Below are positions 35,101 to 48,419 of a DNA stretch of 64,000 bases, in pieces. The notes below the pieces were generated by a model. It ran no database searches. It was not told the DNA's origin and saw nothing but the letters and a program-made list of their open reading frames with translations. Origin of the DNA: Malacoraja senta (taxonomy: Eukaryota); NCBI GenBank assembly GCA_038087875.1, contig CM076000.1, positions 992,001-1,056,000 on the forward strand, given 5' to 3'. Made by a program: the position numbers and the translations under genes. Each line of letters opens with the position of its first letter. The first letter of the stretch is position 1.

Positions 35101-38100
35101 GATTCGGAATGGGAGGGGGAGTTGAAGTGCTGAGCCACCGGTAGATCAGGTTGGTTATTGCGAACCGAGCGGAGGTGTTTGGCGAAACGATCGCTAAGCC
35201 TACGCTTGGTCCCATCGATGTAGAACAGCTGACATCTAGAGCAGCGGATGCGATAGATGAGGTTGGAGGAGGTGCTGGTGAACCTCTGCCACACCTGGAA
35301 ACACTGCTTGGGTCCTTGAATGGAGTCAAGGGGGGAGGTAAAGCGACAAGTGTAGCCCGGAGAGAGAGTGGTTCGGGTGGGAAGGGACGAATTGACCAGG
35401 GAGTTCCGGAGGGAGCGTTCTCTGCGGAAAGCAGACGGGGGAGGAGATGGGAAGATGTGGCAAGTGGTGGGATCACGTTGGAGGTGGCGAAAGTGTCGGA
35501 GGATTATTTGTTGTATGTGACGGCTGGTAGGGTGGAAGGTGAGGACAAGGGGGACTCGGCCCTTGTTGCGAGTGGGGGAATGCAGAGTGAAAGCAGTCAC
35601 GGGGTATAGAAGAGACCCTGGTGAGAGCCTCATCTATAGTAGAAGAGGGGAACCCCCGTTCCCTGAAGAATGAGGACATCTCCGATGCCCTGGTGTGGAA
35701 CACCTCATCCTGGGAGCAGATGCGGCGTTGACGGAGGAATTGGGAGTAGGGGATGGAGTTCTTACAGGAAGAAGGGTTGGAAGAAGTGTAGTCCAGATAG
35801 CTATGGGAGTCAGTGGGTTTATAGTGGATGTCGATCAGTAGTCTATCACCTGCGGAGAACATTGACTACCGTTCTCCGCAGGTGATAGACCATTACCTGC
35901 GGAGAACTATCCTATAGGAGTCCATGTTCTGTTCCATAGCTATGCAGAAATAACACTTCAGCACCTGTTGTTTTTTGTGACTAATTCACTGCAAAATAAA
36001 TCCTCTTCATAGGCATCTCCATTCATGGGCATAGTGCATGTAAATAATAAGAAGCATAACTTTACAAATGTTTTGTAACTGTTGGGATTTGGTGTCTTCT
36101 GCAATATCAGTCTTACCTATGAGAGAGCTGTATCAATTGATAATGAATATAGCTGGTTTTCTTGTGCAGGAAGGAACTGCAGATGCTGGTTTAAACCGAA
36201 GATAGACACAAAAAGCTGGAGTAACAGCGGGTCAAGCTGCATCTCTGGAGAAAAGGAATAGATGATGTTTTGGGTCGAGACCCTTCTTCAGACTTAGACT
36301 CGGGGGAAGGGGAAACAACATATAGACAGTGATATAGAGAGATATAAAACAAATGAAAGAAATATATGCAAAAAAGGTAACGATGATCAAGGTAACAGTC
36401 CATTGTTGGCTGTGGGCTAGGTGATAATGAGTTATAGAGACAATGAAACGCACCAGAACGACAGTGAAACTAGTACATGATTAGGGTGGGGAAGGGACGG
36501 AGAAAGAGGGGATACAAGGGTTACGAAGTTAGAGAAATCAATATTCATACTGTGTGTCGGAAGGAACTGCAGATGCTGGTTTAAACCAAAGATAGACACA
36601 AAATACTGGAGTAACTCGGCGAGACAGGTAGCATCTCTGGAGAGAAGGAATGGGTGATGTTTCGGGTCGAGGCCCTTCTTTGGATGCTTCTGAAGCAGGG
36701 TCTCTACCTGAAACGTCACCCATTCCTTCTCCTCCATAGATGTTACCTGTCCCGCCGAGTTACTGCAACATTTGTGTCAATCTTCAATATTCATACTGCT
36801 GGGTTGTAAGCTGCACAAGTGAAATATGAGGTGCTGTTCCTCCAATTTGCATTTGGCCTCACTCTGACAATGGAGGTGGCCCATTATCGAAAGGTCAGAA
36901 TGGCAGGGGGCGTTAATGTTTGGCAACCAGGAGATCATGTAGGTGGACTGAGCGAAGGTGTTCAGCGACATGATCGCTCCAGTCTACATTTGGTCTCACC
37001 AATGTATTAGTCCACACCTGGAACAACAGATACAGTAGATGAGGTTGGAGGAGGTGCAAGTGAACCTCTGCCTAACCTGCAAGGACTGCTGGGGTCCCTG
37101 AACAGTCGCGATCCCGACAGTCCTTTCAATTAGGCAGAGGTTCACTTGCACCTCCTCGAACCTCATCTACTGTATCCATTGTTCCAGGTGTGACACCACC
37201 TCCCTCGACCCTGTCCTTTCAGGTTTGCTGCAGTACATCTTTTACATAATGCACCGTGAGTACAATATATACCGGTGTTGGGGGGAGTGTCAATTCGTTA
37301 ATGATGTGATAATGTTCAAATTCTGAGTGCTGTTGGAGTTGTGCTAATTCAAGCAGGTGGAGAACTATCAATTACACTCCTTGCTGGGCCTTGTAGATGG
37401 TGGAGTGACTTTGAGCAATTGAGGATCTTTTGCCAGAATGTATTAAGTATGGCTTGATGCAAAGGTTTATATTGTCACAATGGCTTTCCACGCCAAAGGA
37501 AATGGTTATCTCTTTCCCTATAGATAGTGTCATTGGCGGAGGAAGCTCATGAATAAAAAGAGGAGAGCTTTCAAATGGAATATTTGCTGGCGAAAAATAT
37601 CTGGTTTGTCATGAAGTATGAAAAAAGAAAAGAGATTGTGTGAAGAAATCCTGTTTTGATATCCGCACCTCTGCCTCGCCCATGACTATAATTATATCTG
37701 TTCTAATGATGATTGATGCTTTTTCGTCCTGTTAGGAACCTCCAGAGGTACAGTGGAAAGCCTTTATTGTTGCATGTTATCCAGTCAAGGAAAAGACTAT
37801 ACATGATTACACTCAAGCTGTACACGTTGTACAGTTACAGGATAGAGTTTATTATTTAGCTGCGGTTGAAATAAAGATTTAAGAGTGACGCAATTGTAAT
37901 GTGTGCTAACAGATCCCCTTCTGGTACTAGCACACAAAAGGTCACTTGGCTTCAGCGGCAACAACATTTATCAGTGGTGTTGCTTTTTTTTAAAATAGGG
38001 TATTTTCATCTGTCCAGGCTGGGTAAACCCTGTCCATGACGGGTCCTGGACTGTTTCAGGAGGCTCGTGTTATGTATACAAAGAATGAGGCCTGTGCAAG

Positions 38101-41100
38101 AGTCGGCTGACTGCAGCTCGGGCTTCAATGCTGGGGATGTTGGTGTGAGAATTGTGTGGATTGGTTGGCATATCCTTCCAATGAATTCCGAGGATTTTGC
38201 AGAGATTGCATTGGTGATATCTTTCCACCGTCTGACCGGGTAGTCCAGTTCTCAGAAGCAGAGAAGAGGGCAGAATCACTGCTGTTGGCAGACAATGTTT
38301 TGTGCCAGGTCTGAGATCTTAATCTTCAAACATCAGTTTCCACAATTGTCAGTGGTACTTTTTAGCATCAATATTGGCATTTGCTGAGAGGTAGCTCTTG
38401 AGATGCAAGAAATGTTTTCCAGGATCTGCTGTGAATCTTTTATTGCTGAAGGTGCAGCAGGGGCAGTTTGATAGCAGACCATCGTCTTCTGGATGTTGAG
38501 TGTAAGACCAATGCACTTGTATACTTTAATGTATTAGTGCATGAATGATTCGGTGAAGAAGTTGACAATGGCAGAGCTGGGTCTTTGAACTTGCATGAGC
38601 TTGAGGGTTGTCTTTCTGCTGTGGCTCAACTGCCAAGGTTTGGATGATCAATTGTTGTTGTAAATTGAACCATTTCTCATTGGTACTGAAAACTAACTCC
38701 ATGCCTGGGGGCAGTTTTATTGGAGATGAGGTGCAGCATTGCAGTGAGAAAGTTTTGGCCGGCACAGTTGCGCAATTGGAAGAGCTGCTGCCTCGCAGTG
38801 CCAGAGACGCAAGGTTTGGTGCTGACTGTGGAGAGTTTGCATGTTCTCCATGTGACCATGTGGGTTTCCTCCCACATCCCAAAGATGTGTAGGTTTGTAG
38901 GTTAATTGGCCTTTGTAAATTGCTCCGAGTACATAGTGAGTTTGTGAGAAAGTGGGATAATATAGAACCAGTGTGAACGGTTGATCAGTGGTTGGCATGG
39001 ACTCTGGACTGAAGGGCCAGTTTTTGTGCTGCGTCTATAATACACAGATTAGATAAAAGGTGAAGAGGTGTCACAGTCTTGTTTAACACTGCTATTTACT
39101 GAGGTTGGTTAGGATCATGTCCTGTAAGTTACCATGAAGCATATGCAAGGAAGAGGAGGTAATGTAATTTGATAGAAATGCTATGAGGTTTGAGCCTTGG
39201 GAATGTGAGCCATATATAATGAAGCACCACAGTTGTCTTTCTAAGAGGTTAATTAACCCTCTTCCTGCCCAAGTTCTTGGCAATTTTACTTTTGTAATAA
39301 AATAAAACAATGGTTACTCATCTTTTGACCTTATCAATTCCACTCCACTGTAGCTCAGCGTAATCATCTAAGCATAGTATATATCAAAGTAGTCTTTTTC
39401 CTCCAGGTGCACCAACTACTATTCATCCTGAAACAATCTGTCTATTTTCTTATTGTACACTTATTTTCTTTAGGATCCAAATGCAGACACTGAGTGGAAT
39501 GACATTTTAAGGAAAAAAGGCATCCTTCCTCCTAAAGAGAATCCAGATAAAGAAAATGAGGCACTGGAAGAGGAGCTCATTCAGAACCAGCAGTCGGTTG
39601 GTAAGTGAAGAGCTAATTTATTTGTCTGGAATTGACTGACCCTCAGTCAATTGACTGTTCCTTCATCGGGAATCTCTGTCAGAGGTCTAGCTATGCCAGT
39701 AGGTACTGGTCTGGAAGCAAATGGCTAATCCCACTGGCCCTCTGCTTCCTGGTGTCCAGTGGCATGGCCTCTGTAATGGCAGGGCCTCTGGGGCACAGTG
39801 CTGTTCCTCAATTTGAAATGCCTGTCACTCTATTCACTGCTGGCAAAGTTCAGGGCAGGTATGTTCTAGTTATAAAATGCTGCAAGCGATTTCTAATAAT
39901 TGTTCATTGTTTCAGACATTCACAAACAAAAATTTGCAATTGAAATAAAAAGTTAATTTTTGAAAATGAACTAAAGCGTGTTTAAGGAGTAAAATATTTA
40001 TTTTACCCTTTTCTTGCTGCAATCCCCTTTCAATACAATGGGATCTTGCATCCTTAATCAGTGACTATATTCCCAGCTTGTTGCTAAGAATTTTTCAATA
40101 ACACTGCACACTTTTGATGGTATTCTGTGAAATAGATTTGGCTTTCTTAATCTCAGTTGCTCCACCTTTTGATAGCACCAACACGGAAGACTGGAACTTG
40201 CCGCCATTGAAGTTGTTGAAAGCTGGCAGATCTATTCAGCGTGGCTGGTCATAGCAAATTTGACTTATTGAACCACTTCTTCCTCTCTGTTATCATGCTT
40301 CTGAATGGCTCTTCCATAAGCTAGGATACTGTCCAATTCACCTTTACCCCATTGTGGACATTGGATTATGTGAATGGAGCTGCTATGCTACAATGCTGAG
40401 AATTATATTCTGTATTTATGTATGGTAGATCTGATATGTTTGGATAGCATGCAAAACAAGGCTTTTCACCTTGTATATATTTTCAATAATAAACCTTAAC
40501 ATTACCACACCTGATAATTACACAGGGGTATCTGATATTTCATAGGGCCATGACTGTTGCTATTATGTGCTAAGATATTTTGAGTGTTGACCTGGTATCC
40601 AGATTTGTAGTTGTCGACTGCATATTCCATAACCTCGACATCCTGTCAGACTAGTTCTTGTCACCATTTACCAGACAACAAACTGTTGAAAGGTGGTGCT
40701 GCTGCACTTGTAATCAGAAGTTTTGACTGATCTGGCGAAGCAAATTTAAATCTGGCCATGATGTGAATGGAATATTAATTTGGGTAAATTAAATATTCTT
40801 CCTGCCTTGTTCTAACCTGTGTCAGGCAGAGAAAGGTGGTTATTTCTTTTTTTTTTTTTTTTCATTAACAATTGCAGGAGAAAACTTCCTGTCTTTACTC
40901 TTCCATTATCTGCATATACTGCGTGGATGACCACATAACATTTTCTTCAACGTATGCTCTCTGTTTGGGGAAGTGATAGGCCTGCATTTTACTCCCTGGC
41001 TTGTAGAGTGTCCAAGTTAGTTAATTATACACAATATAGAAAGTTAATTTTGTACAAATGATCTTGAAACTACCAGATTGTTGTAAAACTTAAATGCCTT

Positions 41101-44100
41101 AACAATGCCCTGCAAGGAAGGGGACTTATCCTTGCTTTCCAGTACCAAAGCAACCAGGTTTTACAATGCTTTATTTTTTTAAACATGCTCTAAGTTTTCC
41201 TTCTGGCAGCATTTTGAAGGTCAGCTTTTTGTGAAGGTCAACATTGTTCATGGCTGTAAATGTATTAATTTAACTTATTTTCCCAATCTGTAGATGAACA
41301 AATAGATTGGCCTGGAAGGAGTCGATTATGTCAATGGCAGAAAAGCATCCTTGTGAGAACCTCTCATTAGGATGGTTAATATTTGAAATAAATCAAATAT
41401 TTGTATGTGACAGTTTTAATAGTTTTGCTGAAACCAAGAGTCGGAGAGAATGATCTAAATAGTTGTTTGAATTGATTACTGAAGTATCTAGACTGGAAAT
41501 GTTAGTGCTATGAAGTGAACATTGCATTCCACTGCTGGAAGGGTTTTAAACCTATCCTTGGAACATCCCTGTGTTAATACTTCCCCAGACTTGTTTCTCT
41601 TCCTTCTTATAAATCATATTACAAGTGTGTTCATGTTGGAGCACGCATGCTCCTGTCAGGCTTGCATGGCACTGGGAAATTGTTCAACACAAAGTGCTGG
41701 AGTAACTCAGCAGGTCAGGAGCTAGTTACTCTGGCACTTTGTGCCTTTTTTATAAACCAACACCTGCAGTTCCTTATGTCTCCGTTTCACTATCTGTTGT
41801 CTGGATAGTCTGATTTTAAGTTTGAGTAAAATGATGAGATTTGTCATAGAAGCAACTGTTAGAGTTGTTGAGTAATACAGCACTGAAACCGGCCCTTCGG
41901 TCCAACGTGTCCATGCCAACCAAGATGTCTATCTAAGCTCACCCCATTAAGTTGCCTTTAGTGCATATACCTCTAAATCTTTTTCATCCATGTACCTATC
42001 CAAATGTCTTTTCAGTGTTGTAATTGTACCCCTGTCCCACTTAGGAGACCTAAACAGCAACCTCTGGTGACCTTGCCCGCCACCCAAAAAAAAATCAAGG
42101 TTGAGGTGACCTGCAACCTCGTACCATCTCCCACGCATATGTTGAAAACCTTCCTCAACTATGAAGAAAACCGGCTTCGACTAGACCTGCGACTAAAAAA
42201 ATTATCGACTTTTAAAACGGCGACCTTTTTTTAGTCAAGGCCAGTTTTAATCATGATGAAAAAATAGCAGCAACCTAGATGAAGCCTCGACCATGTGGAA
42301 ACCATTTTTGACCATTAGGGAGAGTGACCAAAACCTCCGGTGACCTCATGGAAACCTTGGGTGGCAGGCAAGGTCACCAGAAGTTGCTGTTTAGGTCTCC
42401 TAAGTGGGATAGGGTCTGTACCTGCCTCTACAGATTCCTCTGGCAGTTGATACCATATACCTACCACTCCATGTGGTTCAATGGTACTTTATTTGTCACA
42501 TTTACCGAGGTACAGTGAAACTTATTTGTATGCAGTTAAGTACGTATTACTACACAAATGCATCTTGGATCCCTTTTAAATCTGTCCCTTGCACCTTAAA
42601 TCTGTGCCCCTTAGTTTAGACTCCCTTACCCAGTGAAATAAACTGTAAACATCAATTTATCTACACCTTAATGATTTTGTATTCCTCTGAGGTCAACCTT
42701 CTGATCCTACACTCCAGTGTAACAAGATCAAGCCTCTTCTTGTAAACCTGAGATCTCCAGTCCTAGTAACATCCTTGTGAATCTTTACTGCATCCTTTCC
42801 AGCTTAGTGACATCATTCTTGTAGTCCAATATTCCAAGTGTGGTCTCACCAATGACTTCTCGTCTAAAGAAGGGTCTCGACCTGAAATGTCACCCATTCC
42901 TTCTCTCCAGAGATGCTGCCTGTCCCGCTGAGTTACTCCAGCATTTTGTGTTTACCTCACCAATGACTTGTACAGTTGCATCATGATGTCCCAACTCTAC
43001 CCATTGCCCTGACTGAAGAAGGCAAGTGTGCCGAATGCCTTCTTCGCCACCCTGTCGACATCTTGCAAGCAACAAAGTAATTTTGTATTGCGTAAACCTT
43101 TTTGTTTAAAGAAAATATCCCACACGGTTCTGATTGTACTCTTTATTAATGGCACGTGTGCCATTATTGTTTGCAAAGGAAATCCTCTTTTATATGTACT
43201 AACTGGCGGTGTTAGATTTTCATTTTAAATGGCTGGTTTCCAGAAATAGTTTGCTGATAAATCCACTTTTGTTGCAGTTAAAAGATATGAAGACATGACC
43301 CTGGAAGAGCTGGAAGAAAATGGGGATGAATTTGGTGAGGAAGATGAAAGAGCCATTGAGATGTACAGGTAAACAACATGAAGATGTTCTAGGTTATACG
43401 AAGGTGTAGGAAATGCAGATCTGTCTTTTTACAAGTTCCGGCAAACTTGAGTGCATTCTCATTGAAACTTACAGAATAAAGAAAGGCATAGATAGAATGG
43501 ATATGGAAACTGTTTCCACTGGCAGGATAGTCCAGGACTAGAGCCTTAGAATTAAGGGGTGCTCTTTTAGAAAGGAAGTGAGGAGGAACTTCTTTAGTCA
43601 GAGGGTAGTTAATCTGTGGAACTCATTGCCACAGAGAGCTGTGGAGACTGTCAGTTGATATTTTTAAGGCAGAGATAGACAAATTCTTGATTAGAACGGG
43701 TGTTGAGGGTTATGGGGGGAAGGCGGGGAAATGGGATTAGGAGACAGAGATCAACCATGATTGAATGGCGGAGTGGACTCGATGGGCTCTGCAATCAGAC
43801 ATCAGGGTGTGTCTTGGTGTGTAATCTCCTATTTTGATTGTTATCACAATTGGGCTTGTTTTAATTTTTGTTTCTCCCAAAGGCTGAAGAGTGGGGATGT
43901 TGTGAGATGCAGTTGGGCATTCTGAATGGCACATGAAATAAAAAAAAAATTGCAGATTGTTAACTGGGAATTGTAGGTTCTAATTAAATTTGTTTACAAA
44001 TTAAGCAATCCTTTTCAATTTAATGTCAGTGTAATATCATTGGAGCACTGCTTTGTGCAACATTTGGATAGGATGTTAAATTCAGTCTTCAGCTGCCCCT

Positions 44101-47100
44101 TGGATATAAAAGGTCCTCGGGTCTTATTTTGAAGAACAGGAGAGTGATTATCATTGTCTTGGCCAGTATCACTCAAACACGCTTTCTGGTTGTTACCTGA
44201 TCTTTCTGGGCATCCACTGCACAAATTGGCTGCTGTATTTTGTACTTCCTACTTCGCACATTGCCCACACTGCAAAAAGTCTTTCACTGACTAAATTGTT
44301 TGTGATGTCCTGAGGTACTGAAGGGGATTATGAAAATGAAAGGCTATTTTGCTTTTATTTTATTAATAAAATAGATTATAGTTTCTTGTTTGTTTCTTCA
44401 TAACTTTTGACTGCAATTAGCTATCAAAATAATGACCAGCCTAATGGTGATTTTTGCCATTTAAAACATATAAATGGTACAGTAGAGGATTATGTGGGTG
44501 ATAAAACTTCAGCAGAGGATTATGTGGGTGATAAATGATTATTTTGCGTTTTATTAGAAATGAAATGTTGCTGTTTCATTTATCACAAATTTGATTTTGG
44601 TGATCTTTGGATGATGTGATAAATGTGCAAGAATCTTTTGATGCCATGATCCAACGAACAATGCATAACTACTTAGATTTATGTAAAAATATGCTTGCAG
44701 CATGTAGTAAATTGCACTTTACAAATGAGTAGCATATCATTTTTGCTTTGCAAAAGTCTGTGTTTTGTCCTATTTGATTACATTTCGGGACATCAGTAGG
44801 ACAGTTGGACTGCTTCATTCATTGCGTTTATTCAGTTTATACACGTCAGATGCCTTGGTGAAGCTCATTGGAAAATATAGTTGGGGATGAGAGAGAACCT
44901 TCACTTTGAGGATACCATTTGTTTAATGAAATTGCTCTCAAGCTGAAGCTTCATGAGTCTACCAGGGGATAGTCTTTTCTCCTCTTCACACTAATTTCAA
45001 ACCAAATTTATACTTTGTGTAGTAAATGATAAGGGACTGGAATTAATGGAGGAATGTGGTTGCTCTATCAAAACTGCTTCACGGTTGACCTAGTTATAAA
45101 TATCACATGCATTTCATTGTTTGAATGTCTGAACGATTCATTGGTTAACTAGTGATTTAATCTTTTCCAGGCAACAAAGACTAACGGAATGGAAAGCAAA
45201 ACAGATGAAGAAAGTGTTTGGAGAAGTTTTGGAAATTTCTGGACCAGACTATGTACAAGAAGTGACTAAAGCTGGCGAGAGTCTGTGGGTAATACTGCAC
45301 CTTTACAAACAAGGGTGAGTTTTTTTATTTTTTATTTAATTGTCAGTATTGGATTTATTTGGCAATGCTGATATTTATTGTTTACTCTTCCATGTGATTG
45401 AAATGAAGAGTCAGTTAAGAGCAAAGAACATTTAATTAAGGCACCTGCACTTCATGGAGCAGAACGATAAATTACAAATCATCAATCCAATATGCTGCAG
45501 CCAACAGCTCCGATATTTGATGTATACCTTTTTATTTAAATCTTTTATTTTATATATATTTTTTATAATATTTTTATTAGAGGCAGGTACATATCATATT
45601 GAAAACATTTCATGTATATCATTCCTACATTACTAATATTATCGATTGATATTCGCTCTGCCTCTAGTATTTTTTTTATATAGGTAGAAAATAAGAGAAT
45701 AACAGAAAAAGAAAAAAAGGGTTGATAAAGAAGAATGGAATAAATTACTAAAAGTACAACGTTGGAGATATATTCGTACATTTTAAAATATAACTTTTCA
45801 TCTAATCCTTAATTCGAGTTTCAGTCAGGTTCTCGTGCCGAACCAGTCTGTCCCTTCAAATAGTCAATAAATGGAGACATTTTTTGTTTTAATAAATGGA
45901 GACCTAATAAATCTAAGTGTTGCACAATACTACTTCTGTTCTTTGGCTTAAATCTTATGGGCAGAATATTTTAGGCAATTTTATCTGAGCTTGTAATTTG
46001 AAATCCCCCCCCCTCAACAGATGTGTTACAAGGATAAATGATTTTCAGACCTGTTCATTCATCTTGCAGCCAGTAAATGTTACAAATATTTGAACGTTAT
46101 AAAATATTAATTCAGTTCATGACTTTATTGTTTTTCTGAATTGGTGATCTAGACTAATTATTTTTTCTAAGTCTGTTTCTTTAAAAAGAGCACTTGTGAA
46201 TATTAGCTCATCTTAACTGAAACATGGACTCTTGGCAAAACTTGTTAATTATATAGCTAGATGATTTTGCAGTTCTCTGATATTGTTTCTCTGTATGTAC
46301 CAGGATACCTTTATGTGCCTTGATAAATAGGCACATAAGTGAACTGGCAAGGAAGTTCCCAGAGACTAAATTTATTAAAGCTATCTCCACAACCTGCATA
46401 TCCAACTATCCGGAGAGAAACCTCCCAACAGTCTTTATTTACTGCAATGGCGATATCAAAGCACAATATGTTGGACCCTTGTTATTTGGAGGCATGAATT
46501 TCACAAAAGATGGTAAGTAATTAATTTGTGCAAAGCCGTAATGACCCAAATTTATATTTTTCAATATTAAATAATTGAGCTATGTGACGTCATTTGGTGA
46601 AAATTTTGCATGGCAGATTTTTCGGTCTGAAATTATAATCCACGGCAATGGACTTTTTGTCAGTAATCTGCCTGGTAGAATTGTCGAAAACAATGGACAA
46701 GAGGGTATAACATTACTCTTTCAGAATGAAGCCCAGAGATTGTCGCAGGAAAGGTTATTCAAGTGCAAATGGGTCAGGAGCATTCCATTAGGTCTTCATT
46801 CCTCAAACCACTAGAAACTCAACGCATATGATTTGTTTGCAGTCATCTTTGTCTGCCATCTTGTCTATGTGGTCGAGTATGAAATTTCAACCATCATTCA
46901 TTCTATCTTTTTGATATTCATTGCAGATTTGACCATTTTTTTTTGAAAATCTGAATTATAATTATAAATTGCAAAAAAAGATGCCGCCTTTCATCTCTAG
47001 TGACTGTCAATAATCTTTAACTCTTATGAATGAAAGTCTGATAATTTCCACCCTTCATATGTTTATCACCATCTTTTTGGATGGTTCATCAACTTGTCCA

Positions 47101-48419
47101 TTCACTAATTATAGACTTCAACAATTTTTGATCGATTCCAATTTTATTATATTTAATTTACTTAGTTTAGTGATAGTGTGAAAATGGGCCCTTCGATCCA
47201 ACGAGTCCGCGCCAACCAATGTCACCCGTACACTTGTTTTATGTTATCCCAGTTTTGCATCCTAATCAGCAGGGACAATTTACAGACACAAGTTAACCTG
47301 CAGGTCTTTGAAATGTGGGAGGAAACCAGAGCACCTGGGAAACCCTGCGCAGTATATCTGTAATTGATTAAGCAATAAATATTTGAATGTAATGTGAAAT
47401 GATAATAAGCCAATTTTCTCTTGAACATAGTTCATGATGGCCTTTGTCAGCACTTGGCACAGTCTGCCAATAAATAAGACCTTGTACATTATATAGTTTT
47501 ATTCAGGTGCTGGTCAATATTTATCCACGATTAACACACCAAAGGCAGTTAAGCTTTTCTCAAGCTTGCTGTTTGTCAAAAGCTATTCAATGGAAGTTAA
47601 TTTTGAAATTTTCCAATGTTCAGTTGTGACTGCACTTCTGCAAATAATTGCTTGGACAATACATTGAGGCTTGTGTATATGTGGAGCACTAAGCAAGTTT
47701 GATTATTTGCTGTTTTTCTATTTCTATTGCTGGAACCATTTTAACAAGTGTGACCCAATGTGAGACAAACAATAGTCGACTTGTGCTCATGTTTCACGCG
47801 CTACAGTGTAATGAATTATCACAAACATTTCTGGCAAATGCACTCCTAAGACAAGCCAGCATTTTCAAGAGATGGCATGCCTCACAATGACTCCCTCAAG
47901 CATATTCAAAGCATCTTTTAACTACAGTTACTGAGAGGTTGTGATCCCTGGGTTCATCTAGCTGGCATTTGGCCTTAATGGAAATTATATGTTGTTTCTC
48001 AAGTTTGCTAAGGGATTTATTGGAACAAAGAAAGACTTGGGTTAGGAATGGAATGAAGAATTACAGTTGCAGGGAACTAGATGCTCTGGTTTCCCCTTGC
48101 AGGTTAATGGAGGTGCTCTGCAAAGTGTTCGCCCAATCTATATTTGGTTTCTCCTGCATAGAGGTTGGTGGATTGAACATTGAAGACAAGGAACTCCTGT
48201 CCTTATTCTGACTAGGAGAATTAAATATTATAATGATTTTTCTGTTGTGCTTTATTTCCATACTTCACTTTCATTGAAGAATTGGAATGGATGCTGTCGA
48301 GTTCTGGTGCAATCAAAACTGAACTGGAAGAAAATCCAAGAAAACAAATTGAAGATAGGATGATGTCATCCATCAAGACTAGTGTTCCAACAAAGGACGG
48401 TGATTCTGAAGAAGATTAG
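32147..48419 (+). CDS. PDCL3: Phosducin-like protein 3, six coding exons, 717 nt, 238 aa
   Basis: Exons 32147-32152, 39474-39600, 43278-43368, 45171-45314, 46304-46512, 48280-48419, all AG/GT and in phase. Reads [24 protein letters not shown]...[20 protein letters not shown]...IPLCALIN...NYPERNLPT...ELEWML...DSEED*. RKKGILP fits PDCL3 rather than PDCL2. Confidence 0.96.
32581..33625. mobile_element. Non-autonomous DNA transposon with 7-bp TSD in PDCL3 intron 1
   Basis: TIRs TAGCAATGTTACAA and TTGTAACATACCTA; TSD TACAAAG at 32574-32580 and 33626-33632; splits an older repeat. Confidence 0.75.
33860..34369 (+). mobile_element. 5'-truncated L1-clade LINE
   Basis: ORF2 end [22 protein letters not shown]...WSPF; AATAAA plus A-rich tail; 17-bp TSD AACACTCTTGTAAAGTT (33843-33859 and 34370-34386). 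Confidence 0.88.
34763..35909 (-). mobile_element. Penelope-like element, 5'-truncated (RT C-terminus plus GIY-YIG endonuclease)
   Basis: [45 protein letters not shown]; 12-bp TSD TCCTATAGGAGT (34751-34762 and 35910-35921). Confidence 0.9.
36165..37192 (-). mobile_element. Penelope-like composite with a nested inverted cassette and terminal inversion
   Basis: GIY-YIG relic ([10 protein letters not shown]...MNI); nested insert 36553-36783 with TSD TCAATATTCATACTG; inverted repeat ~37013-37192. Confidence 0.8.
38050..38740 (-). mobile_element. RTE-clade LINE fragment
   Basis: [20 protein letters not shown] motif. Confidence 0.65.
38757..39040 (+). mobile_element. tRNA-derived V-SINE
   Basis: ggagagtttgcatgttctccatgtgaccatgtgggtttcctcccacatcccaaaga. 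Confidence 0.75.
39474..39600 (+). CDS. PDCL3: PDCL3 coding exon 2
   Basis: [22 protein letters not shown]...; ttttag| ... |gtaagt. Confidence 0.96.
42029..42416. mobile_element. Harbinger-like MITE in a CR1 tail
   Basis: ~57-bp TIRs CCCTGTCCCACTTAGGAGACCTAAACAGCAAC...; the host CR1 resumes at tgtacctgcc. Confidence 0.8.
42859..42955 (+). mobile_element. Short Penelope 3' cassette inserted in CR1
   Basis: 14-bp TSD CTCACCAATGACTT. Confidence 0.75.
43278..43368 (+). CDS. PDCL3: PDCL3 coding exon 3
   Basis: [30 protein letters not shown]; ttgcag| ... |gtaaac. Confidence 0.96.
43450..43790 (+). mobile_element. CR1 3' fragment
   Basis: gaggaacttctttagtcagagggtagttaatctgtggaactc. Confidence 0.75.
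45171..45314 (+). CDS. PDCL3: PDCL3 coding exon 4
   Basis: [25 protein letters not shown]...[10 protein letters not shown]; ttccag| ... |gtgagt. Confidence 0.96.
45530..45885 (-). mobile_element. L1-clade 3' end
   Basis: T-rich tail with tttattag; ORF end tcaataaatggagacat (WSPFI-like on the minus strand). Confidence 0.55.
46304..46512 (+). CDS. PDCL3: PDCL3 coding exon 5
   Basis: [42 protein letters not shown]...; taccag| ... |gtaagt. Confidence 0.96.
48280..48419 (+). CDS. PDCL3: PDCL3 coding exon 6
   Basis: [31 protein letters not shown]...DSEED*; candidate AATAAA at ~49495. Confidence 0.93.

Larger units (their letters stand above)
41860..43065 (-). mobile_element. CR1 3' fragment with nested MITE and Penelope cassette
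   Basis: CR1 tail and ORF2 C-terminal sequence. Confidence 0.7.

Noticed and set aside
44484..44535. 22-bp direct repeat with 8-bp spacer
   Set aside because: Simple local duplication in an intron; two units only, not an array.
3380..48419. Alternative identity NMU and PDCL2
   Set aside because: [10 protein letters not shown] is PDCL3-type, and LALCL, MYKR, EFSKK and W...F.FR match the NMS layout. A phylogeny would confirm.
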